The notes under the pieces: generated by a model
Told to the model about the DNA's origin: nothing
Database searches by the model: none
Seen by the model: only the letters and a program-made list of their open reading frames with translations
Made by a program: the position numbers and the translations under genes
In this document: positions 1-8,250 of the stretch, one piece after another
Position numbering within the stretch: position 1 is the first letter of the stretch
Layout: each line of letters opens with the position of its first letter
Origin: Tubiluchus corallicola
Taxonomy: Eukaryota; Animalia; Priapulida
Assembly: GCA_030141605.1 (NCBI GenBank)
Contig: JAQGDQ010000249.1
Coordinates: 96,751 to 113,895, forward strand
Reading direction: 5' to 3'
DNA length: 17,145 bases

Positions 1-240
1 ATTTTTTACTTTTTTTACCTTTTTACTTAATACATATATAAATTTCATATGGCTCAATATAGGACAGTGTCTGCATGCATCAGCTGTCGCTGTCTGTACA
101 AACGTCCCAGTAAACCAGTTTGGAATATTTGTGATGATAAGATCTAAACATGATTTTGACTCTGGTGAAATGTGAGTGGCTTCGTTTATTAATGGACGCA
201 GACGTTAATTACACAAATGATGCAAAATCTGATTCAACTC
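1..240 (-). mobile_element. Decayed non-LTR retrotransposon (CR1/L2-like) ORF2 fragment, C-terminal part of the AP-like endonuclease; cut by window start
   Basis: Minus strand reads LINEATHISPESKSCLDLIITNIPNWFTGTFVQTATADACRHCPI, matching the LINE endonuclease pattern L.QLI.EPT....S.S.LDLI.TN......SDH.PI. There is an in-frame stop just upstream. Confidence 0.7.
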
Positions 241-330
241 CTCTCTTCCCTTCCCGTTTCCCCTCTTATTGCATTTTTATCTATTCTATTTTATTCTTCT
301 TCATCCTACACTTTAGCATTTTCGTTCTTT

Positions 331-375
331 CTAATCTAATCTAATCTAATCTAATCTAATCTAATCTAATCTAAT
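331..375 (+). repeat. (CTAAT)9 microsatellite, preceded by a degenerate pentamer tract 241-330
   Basis: Direct count. Confidence 0.97.
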
Positions 376-778
376 CCTTCAATCTCAAGGTGGACTTGAT
401 CAACATAGGAGACACTAATCACGTGTTACTTTTGGTTTTTAATTTACAGTTTGCTCCTCGCGGTCTGGGTTAAGTATAGTACGTTTGCTCTTGTGTGGTT
501 TCTGCATTCGCTAGCTCCAGTGCCACATACAAAAGCCAAATATTTGATACCTAGCAAACAAATACATAGCCAATAACGTTTTCGAAAGTGTATGTTTTGC
601 AGAATTCTGCTTTTCAATACGTTATTACTTTAGGTGTTGAGGTAACATTAGCTAGGTGGTAATATTAACACAGGTGGCAACAGGACGAGAAGCCTAATTA
701 AACACCAGAAAGGTGTGGCAGATAAAACTAACATCTAGATTCACACCTGGTGAATTGGTGCACACACTATTATGATTA

Positions 779-856
779 ATGCAAATATATGACAAAGTAC
801 ATGTAACACATTGGCATTGTGGTATAAAAGTGGTCGGCTGAAAACATTTTCATCGT
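779..856 (+). promoter_or_regulatory. Putative Pol II promoter of copy 1: octamer ATGCAAAT (779-786), reverse CCAAT (810-814), TATAAAAG (823-830), Inr-like TCA near 852
   Basis: Consensus motifs at canonical spacing (TATA about 29 bp before TTTCATC), conserved in copies 2, 4 and 5. Confidence 0.65.
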
Positions 857-934
857 CATCCTCCTTGGATAGGCATATTATGACTGTATAACGTGAATCA
901 GCTAAAGTTTATTATTCAGACTTCCAGAGCAAAA

Positions 935-2317
935 ATGTCGTTTGCATCATTTCTCAAAACTTGTGCCGTCGTTTGTTATTTCCTTGAATGTTTTTGGACC
1001 GCAGGAACGTCGTGTAAATCTAACACAAGGACTGAAAATTGCAACAGTTTGAATAACCAGAACAATTTAAATGCGTTTTATGGTAAAAACTACAGAACAC
1101 AGGGTTATTCACTCCATGGAGAGATGCTTCGAGTGGGAGCATGGAGAGACGATCCGATGAAGCCATATCTAGATCAGCTGCTTACTATGCTCAGCCAAGC
1201 AACAAACTTTACGTACAAGGTGACATACGTCAAGCATTTGGAAACTCTAAAAAATGCAATAGACACAGGAGAATTCGACTTGTTTTTGGGCTTAGTCACA
1301 ATGTTACCAGAAAGAGCAAAAACTATGACGTTTCTTTACCCACTTGCTTATAGTTCTCATGTATTTATCGCAAAAAGACATCAATTACAAGGTTTTAATA
1401 TAATAGACCCGTTCACCACACCCGTGTGGCTGCTTCTGTTATTATATGGCGTAGTAGTGGGTACAATACTTTACTGTATTGACTACAGCAAAAACCTGCC
1501 ATACAACGAGGAAGAGATCATAAAATGCAGTAATTGCCAAAGAAAACTGGAAAAACCAGTGATAAAGAATGAAAGTAAGGCATACTTTACTCGGTTCACA
1601 CTGTCGTCATACCTCCAACAAGGTGGAACATATTTACCAAAACGTTTATCCGCTAGGATGCTTATCGGATGGTGGTGGATTTTTGGTTGCATCATCACAG
1701 CCATGTACACGGGCACGCTGGTTAGTAAACTATTTGTAAGCAAGCAAGTTTATCCATTCTCTACATTGCAAGAGTTGATAGACAGCGATATAATCCCTGT
1801 TACAATAGGTCACCACAGCCCCACCTTGCAAATGAAAAACAGACCGGAATTTAGACAACTGTGGCAGAGAATGAAACTGGATCCTAATGTACCTGCCAAC
1901 AGTACAGAGATGGCATTAGAGCTGACAGCTACTGGAAAATACTCATACTTCGACGAAGAGATTTATGCAAAGATCCGCTTAATAAAGGATTATGAATTAT
2001 GCGGAAAATGCAGATTTTCCATTGCTTTGTCTTTAAGTTTTTTGTCACCATCCACATTAGTTGTACCAAAGAATAGTAACTACACGGAAGTCCTAAATTT
2101 TGCTCTTGCTACATTAAAGGAACACGGTCTTGTGGACAAACTGCTACAACAGTTACTGCAGCCTTCGGAAAAATGTTTAGACTCACCTGTTCAGCATGTA
2201 GGCACGTTATCAATTAATGTGGAGCAACTTAATGTAGTTTTTTGGGTGTTGATGTCTGGAATCGGTGTAGCATTGTTTACATTTATTAGCGAGCTTGCTT
2301 ACAAGAAGTTTATGTGA
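935..2317 (+). CDS. Intronless iGluR/IR-like ligand-gated ion channel subunit, copy 1 (460 aa)
   Basis: Uninterrupted ORF. ATG 935 (AAAAATG) aligns with the paralogue starts, whereas the ORF-track start at 893 is a GTG. Motifs: S1 GEFDLFLGLVTMLPER (cf. GluA2 GKADIAIAPLTITLVR), pre-M1/M1 DPFTTPVWLL, pore SSYLQQGG..P..LSAR, M3 WWWIF..IITAMYTGTLVSKL, S2 Cys pair C359/C414, M4 SINVEQLNVVFWVL..GIGVALFTFISE. Confidence 0.93.
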   Translation: MSFASFLKTCAVVCYFLECFWTAGTSCKSNTRTENCNSLNNQNNLNAFYGKNYRTQGYSLHGEMLRVGAWRDDPMKPYLDQLLTMLSQATNFTYKVTYVKHLETLKNAIDTGEFDLFLGLVTMLPERAKTMTFLYPLAYSSHVFIAKRHQLQGFNIIDPFTTPVWLLLLLYGVVVGTILYCIDYSKNLPYNEEEIIKCSNCQRKLEKPVIKNESKAYFTRFTLSSYLQQGGTYLPKRLSARMLIGWWWIFGCIITAMYTGTLVSKLFVSKQVYPFSTLQELIDSDIIPVTIGHHSPTLQMKNRPEFRQLWQRMKLDPNVPANSTEMALELTATGKYSYFDEEIYAKIRLIKDYELCGKCRFSIALSLSFLSPSTLVVPKNSNYTEVLNFALATLKEHGLVDKLLQQLLQPSEKCLDSPVQHVGTLSINVEQLNVVFWVLMSGIGVALFTFISELAYKKFM

Positions 2318-3464
2318 AAAGCAACAGATATTGTACTAACCCTTCAATCTCCAATCATTTACCCTTTTCAAGGTCATCAATAACTGCTGCTTGTTGGCTG
2401 GTCTCAAACAGTTTTCTTATCTAATGATGGTAGTACATGTGCAGCTAAAAATGAAGTGTGCCATGCTGTTCAGTATTATGATAATGCATTGTCACATATT
2501 TGACACATTTAATCCACAATTTCAGGCTGTTTCCTTCAAATAACCTTGTGTATTGTGAAATGTTTCTTCGGCCGTGAAAAGCATCTGGAAACGTCAGATT
2601 AGACAAACTTCATCTTTCAAAACACCTACTTTCACACTTTTATATTCCTTTATGAGCATAAAGTTTTCCCATTACATGGTCGAACGACGTTGGTGTAACA
2701 TGTTCTTGTAATAGTTTCCTAAAGGTGGCAGCACTTTATAACATGTGCTTTATGTAATAGGTATATCAAGATGTTACATGGTGTAATAAATGTGGGATAA
2801 GTCATAATACGTCATAAATTATTTATTTTACATAACACCTTTACAACAACTTTGTGTAGCAAAATGTGATATTGTGTTCTGCAGCAAACAAGACCAGGCC
2901 ATACTCTGCTATAGTATTCTTTCAGTTGTTCAATGTTGAATGTCATCAATTTAATTTTGATCTTCAAACCAGAGTGACATCCCCGTGAGAGTCAGTAAGC
3001 CAACATAGAACTTAGTTCCTCAGCCTAGCAAGAGTGCAGCTTGTTGTCTGTTAACTTATTAAAGGTTGCACAACAACTGCACACTCACAGAATAAATCTG
3101 TGCATCTAGGCAATGTATCTAACTCCAGGGTCATACAGAACGTACTTCCTCAGCCTAGTGAGTTGTGTCTACCATGAGTACTTTTCTTACTTGCTCAGGC
3201 TTATTTGAAATATTGTTCCTTAGCCTGTATTGAGCTGTACTAACTAGTACTTACCAGGTATTTATCAAGCTGCTCATTAGAGCAAGAACATATTCGTCGT
3301 CTGTGGTTACTACTGACCTAATTGCTGATGGATTTGTACATGATAATTAGCTGTCAGCTAAGAGTGGATGAGCTAAACGGAAAGTAAATGATGAAATAGA
3401 TTGGAGTATGGTCCATATGCGAGTAGATGAGATATCTCATTGTAAATGTCAGTTGTTTATCTCA

Positions 3465-3592
3465 TACGGTAAACTATGTATAATTTGAACAGGTATATAA
3501 CTCGAATTCTTGCGTATCTCGAACTGGTCTCCTGGAACGGATTTTTTCCTTTTAATAAACATCGCTTAACTTGAATTATCGCATAACTTGAG
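3465..3592 (+). mobile_element. Possible left end of a pogo/Tigger-like MITE (also about 10096-10221 and 14249-14373)
   Basis: TA-CGGTAAAC start followed by five ATAACTCGAA-like subterminal repeats (3480, 3497, 3514, 3566, 3583). No matching right TIR was found. Confidence 0.35.
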
Positions 3593-4258
3593 CCAAATTC
3601 CCCGTACAGTTTTTAAGAAATGTACTGAAATTATCTCGCCTGTCTGGAACAGCCTCCCAAGCAAGAAGTCTTACGTGAAAGCGTTCACCACATTACGATT
3701 TTAACTGCTAGTTTCAGCCAAAATGCTGAATTTCTTGCGTTACCTTAGTAGAACGCTGCACACGACATGGTTTAACAAACATGGTATAAATTCTATTAAC
3801 TTAGTATTGCTAAATTCTATTAACAGTGCTACGCAGACTACAGTACATGATGTAGGCATGGTGACTGTAGGTCTGGTGCCAGATTTAGACTGGGTGAGGC
3901 CCTAGACTATATAAAGCCCTGGGCCTGGTCTCAGAAAACTTGGAAATATATACACCTCTTAATTATTTAATATCAAAGTGAGCAATACAAATTATTTTCA
4001 AATGAATGACTTACTGGCAACATATTAATAATTTAGTTGGCTTAAATTCTGTCATATCCATTTTGTGTTATAATAAAATGTAGCTATGACGGATGACCCA
4101 AATACTAAACAAAGGAAAAAATAGCAAAAATTGAAAAAACCATAAAAAATACAAATCTCGAAAATTTTGGAAATCATTTAGCAACTTTTATATGGTTTAT
4201 CAGAAAAACAGTTAATTCTGCTTCTACTTCATTCTATACTTTTGCATTTGAGTTCTTT

Positions 4259-4343
4259 CTAATCTAATCTAATCTAATCTAATCTAATCTAATCTAATCT
4301 AATCTAATCTAATCTAATCTAATCTACTCTAATCTAATCTAAT
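4259..4343 (+). repeat. (CTAAT)17 microsatellite with one CTACT variant
   Basis: Direct count. Confidence 0.97.
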
Positions 4344-4735
4344 CAAATCCAATCCTTCATTTTCAAGCTGAACTTAATCAACGTAGCAGACGCTAATCAC
4401 GTGTTACTTTTAGTTTTTAATTTACAGTTTGCACGTCTCTGATAGTGTTAAGTGTTTTATGTTTGCTCTTGTGTGGTTTCCACATTCGCTAGCGCCAGTG
4501 CCGCATACAAAAGCCAAATCTTTTGATACCTAGCAAACAAATACATAGCCAATAACGTTTTCGAAAGTGCATGTTCTGCAGCATTCTGCTTTTCAATATG
4601 CTGTTAGTTTAGGTGTTGAGGTAACATCAACTTCAGCAGGCAACAGAAGAAGCCTAATTGAACACTAGACAGTTTGACAGAAAAAAAACACGCAGAATGG
4701 GCTCCTGTCAATTAGCGTACAGACAATTACGATCA

Positions 4736-4792
4736 ATGCAAATATATTTACAAAGTACTCGACCACAACACATTGGCATTGTAGTATAAAAG
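4736..4792 (+). promoter_or_regulatory. Putative promoter of copy 2: octamer (4736-4743), ATTGG, TATAAAAG (4785-4792)
   Basis: Same motif order as copy 1. Confidence 0.6.
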
Positions 4793-4891
4793 CGGTTAGC
4801 TGAAAACATTTTCATCTTCGCTGCATAGCCATATTATGACTGTATAACGTGAATCAGCTAACGTTCATGATTCGATTTTCCAAAGCAAAAA

Positions 4892-6274
4892 ATGTCATTT
4901 GCATCATTTCTCAAAACGTGTGCCATTGTTTTTTATTTCCTTGAATGTTTTTGCATCAAAGGAACGTTGTGTAAGACTAAACCAAGGACTGAAAATTGCA
5001 ACAGACTGTATAACCAGAACAATTTAGATGTGCTTTATGGTAAAAACTTCAGAACACAGGGTTATTCACTCCATGGAGAGATGCTTCGAGTTGGAGCATG
5101 GAGAGACCATCCGATGAAGCCATATCTAGATCAACTGCTTATGATGCTCAGCCAAGCAGCAAACTTTACGTACAAGGTGACGTACATCAAACGTTTTGAA
5201 ACTCCAGAAAATATAATTGATACAGGAGAATTCGACTTGCTTTTGGGATTAGTCACAATGTTACCTGAAAGAGCAAAAAGCATGACGTTTCTTCACCCAC
5301 TTGCTTATAATTCTCATGTATTTATCACAAAAAGACATCAATTACAAGGTTTCAGTATAGTAGACCCATTCACCACACTCGTGTGGCTGCTTCTGGTATT
5401 ATATGGCATAGTAGTGGGTACAATACTTTACTATATTGACTACAGCAAAAATCTGCCGTACAATGAGGAAGGGATTACGAAATGCAACAACTGCCAAAGA
5501 AAACTGGAAAAACCAGTGATAAAGAATGAACGTAAGGTGTACTTTACTCGGTTCACACTATCGTCGTACCTCCAACAAGGTGGAACATATTTACCACAAT
5601 GTTTATCCGCTAGGATGCTTATCGGATGGTGGTGGATTTTTGCTTGCATCATCACAGCCATGTACACAGGCACACTGGTTAGTAAATTATTTGTAAGCAA
5701 GCAAGTTTATTCATTCTCTACGTTGCAAGAATTGATAGACAGCGACATAGTTCCTGTTACACTAGGTCAGTTGAGCGGCACCATGCAAATGAAAAACAGG
5801 CCTGAATTTAGACAACTGTGGCAGAGAATGAAAATGGATCCTAATGTACCTGCCGACAGTGCAGAGACGGCATTAGAGCTGACATCTACTGGAAAATACA
5901 CATTCTTCAACGAAAAGACTTATGCAAAGATCCACTTAATTAAGGATTATGAATTACACGGAAAATGCAGATTTTCCATTGCTTCATCTTTAAGTTTTTC
6001 GACACCATTAGCATTAGTTGTACCAAAGAAAAGTAACTATACTGAAGTCCTAAATTTTGCTCTTGCTATATTAAAAGAACACGGTCTTGTGGACAAACTG
6101 CTACAACAGTTACTGCAGCCTTTGGAAAAGTGTTTAGACCCCCCTATTCAGCATGTAGTCACGTTATCAATTAATGTGGAGCAACTTAATGTAGTTTTTT
6201 GGGTGTTGATATGTGGAATCGGTGTAGCATTGTTTACATTTATTAGCGAGCTTGCTTACAAGAAATTTATGTGA
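4892..6274 (+). CDS. Intronless iGluR/IR-like subunit, copy 2 (460 aa)
   Basis: Intact ORF, colinear with copy 1 without indels, with the same S1-M1-P-M3-S2-M4 motifs. Confidence 0.93.
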   Translation: MSFASFLKTCAIVFYFLECFCIKGTLCKTKPRTENCNRLYNQNNLDVLYGKNFRTQGYSLHGEMLRVGAWRDHPMKPYLDQLLMMLSQAANFTYKVTYIKRFETPENIIDTGEFDLLLGLVTMLPERAKSMTFLHPLAYNSHVFITKRHQLQGFSIVDPFTTLVWLLLVLYGIVVGTILYYIDYSKNLPYNEEGITKCNNCQRKLEKPVIKNERKVYFTRFTLSSYLQQGGTYLPQCLSARMLIGWWWIFACIITAMYTGTLVSKLFVSKQVYSFSTLQELIDSDIVPVTLGQLSGTMQMKNRPEFRQLWQRMKMDPNVPADSAETALELTSTGKYTFFNEKTYAKIHLIKDYELHGKCRFSIASSLSFSTPLALVVPKKSNYTEVLNFALAILKEHGLVDKLLQQLLQPLEKCLDPPIQHVVTLSINVEQLNVVFWVLICGIGVALFTFISELAYKKFM

Positions 6275-6916
6275 AAATCAATAGATATTATACTAACCCT
6301 TCAATCTCCAATCATTTACCCTTTTCAAGGTCATCAATAACTGCTGCTTGTTGGCTGACCTTAAACTGTTTTCTTATCTAATGATGGTAGTACACGTGCA
6401 GCTAAAAATGAAGTGTGCCATGCAGTTCAGCATCATAACATAAAAACTATCACTGATTTGACATAAAAAACTGATTTGACGCATTTAATCCACAATGTGT
6501 TTTTCAGACTGTTTCCTTTAAATAATCTTGTATTGTGACTGTTTCTTCAGCCATGAATACAGTGCACGATGCAGACATGTAGACTGTAGGTCTGGTTCCT
6601 GATTTAGACTTGGTGATGCCCTAACCTATATAAAGCCCTGGGCCTGGTCTCAGAAAACTTGGAAATATATACGCCTCTTAGTTATTTAATATCAAAGTGA
6701 GCAATACAAATTATTTTCAAATGAATGACGGCAACATATTAATAATTTGGTTGGCTTAAACTCTGTCATGTACATTTTGTGTTATAATAAAATGCAGCTA
6801 TAATGGATGACCCAAATACTAAACAAAGGGAAGAAATAGCAAAAATTGAAAAAATCATAGAAAATACAAATCTCGAAAATTTTGGAAACCATTTAGCAAC
6901 TTTTATATAGTTTATC

Positions 6917-7544
6917 AGAAAAACAGTTAAAGAAAGCATTGCTTAATTCTATTTTAAATTAAATTATATTTTAATCTGTTGTGTCATTTTTGAAATCTTA
7001 GCAACTTTTAGATTTTATCATTCTGATTTTAATCTTTAATCACCTTAATTTTGACCTTATGTAGTTTTGTTCTTATATACTGTTTAGCAATGATAATTAT
7101 AAACATTTAATTTTTCTTAATTGTGTATGACTTTTATCAGTACTTTTACTTCTTAGTATTTTAGTCTAAAATGTTGTTTTACCCCTAATGTAGTTATGTT
7201 ACATTTAGTAAATAATTTTTAACTGTTTTTTAATCTTTAAATTTTTCATTTTTCAATTATACTTTAAGAATTATTTTAATTTTAACTTTATGGCTCTTAT
7301 TAGAGTTATTTTCTGAAACTTATTAACAATTTAAAATTCCTAATTCTTGATGGTTGGGGTTTTAATTAAAATGTTAATTTAATTTAATGTATGCTATTAA
7401 TGTGTAATTTTTATTTGTTTAATTTCACTTATTTGAAATTAGCTATTTAAAGTGCTAATCATGCATGAACCATCGTGGAAATATTGTATTATATTCAATT
7501 TTGATCCACATCCATATAAAAAATAAATTCTATTTTATTCTGTT
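6917..7544 (+). mobile_element. AT/T-rich block resembling a 5'-truncated LINE 3' end (hairpin, AATAAA, degenerate TTCTA tail)
   Basis: Ends with a GTGGA...TCCAC inverted repeat (7475-7509), AAAAAATAAA and TTCTATTTTATTCTGTT. Homologous blocks lie at 10834-11406 and 14883-15452. Confidence 0.4.
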
Positions 7545-7753
7545 CTTAGGATGATCCATGATTTGTTTTGTGTGAATCCACTTGGCGATTTAAAAGGAGA
7601 TGTTGTTTGAAACTTTTTCTCCTATAGGGTCCTGTGTTAGCGAAAATTTAAAAAAATGCATAAAATTTAAGGAATTAAAAATTTGAAAATCCGCAAAAAG
7701 ATGATTTTGTGTCTGTTAATTCCACATCCTGACCTGACATTTCTTACAACTTT

Positions 7754-8250
7754 GATCCCAATGTGGAGTGTTAGGAGTTTTCCTTAGATTTATTATATAA
7801 CCTGTCGTGACGATGCTTTTGTGTTCTTATGTTGGGATTCATCCAAGGATCATTTCTGTTATGTTTGATTTGGGATAGATCCACAACACACTTTGTAAGT
7901 GCATCAATAATTAACTTGCACGTTTGGTTTACATTGAGAGTTATTAAAGCATCCAGATGAAACTTGATAATTGATTCGAAAAAATATAAAGTATCAACAT
8001 TTTCATAATTCTAAACTTTTCTCACATACCTTTTTACTTAATATATATATAAATTTCATATGGCTCAATATAGGACAGTGTCTGCATGCATCGGCAGTCG
8101 CTGTCTGTACAAACGTCCCAGTAAACCAGTTTGAAATATTTGTAATGATAAGATCTAAACATGATTTTGACTCTGGTGAAATGTGAGTGGCTTCGTTTAT
8201 TAATGGATGCAGGCTTTAATTACGTAAATGATACAAAATCTGATTCAACT
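7754..8250 (-). mobile_element. Decayed LINE ORF2 fragment (endonuclease C-terminus plus EN-RT linker)
   Basis: Same endonuclease motif, then RKV*NYENVD and NDPWMNPNIR..K...DRLY.K...HWDQ linker-like motifs, with stops and frameshifts. Confidence 0.7.

Noticed and set aside
150-344. Short hydrophobic + strand ORFs (also 16090-16284, 7971-8186, 11839-12060, 15890-16087)
   Set aside because: They are antisense to the LINE fragment or run through pyrimidine-rich microsatellite DNA. The frames are not preserved in all units.
893-934. 14-aa N-terminal extension of copy 1 in the ORF track
   Set aside because: It starts at GTG (bacterial-style call). Paralogues all begin at the ATG equivalent to 935 and do not consistently keep this frame.
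1483-1743. Recurrent antisense ORFs (also 5440-5700, 9091-9351, 9358-9552, 13244-13477, 13511-13705) and 1141-1353(+)
   Set aside because: These are shadows of the conserved receptor CDS. Their recurrence is explained by paralogy and they show no independent protein motifs.
935-2317. Bacterial GluR0-type channel or horizontal transfer, suggested by the lack of introns and the compact binding domain
   Set aside because: There is no TVGYG K+ filter, M4 and the eukaryotic S2 disulfide Cys pair are present, and the context has Pol II promoter motifs and LINE remnants.
3016-3227. Possible CRISPR-like repeat-spacer pattern
   Set aside because: Only 2-3 short repeats with irregular spacing (130 and 70 bp), eukaryotic context and no cas genes.
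3723-3905. Small ORFs 3723-3905, 10080-10292 and 15342-15647
   Set aside because: They lie in repeat-derived spacer DNA, are not kept open in the paralogous spacers and have no recognisable motifs.
4259-4343. Telomeric repeat
   Set aside because: The unit is CTAAT/ATTAG, not TTAGG or TTAGGG, and it is internal and grades into other pentamers.
6917-7460. Possible mitochondrial insertion (NUMT) or rRNA fragment because of extreme AT/T richness
   Set aside because: No recognisable mitochondrial gene, tRNA or rRNA motif was found. The 3' end looks more like a LINE terminus.
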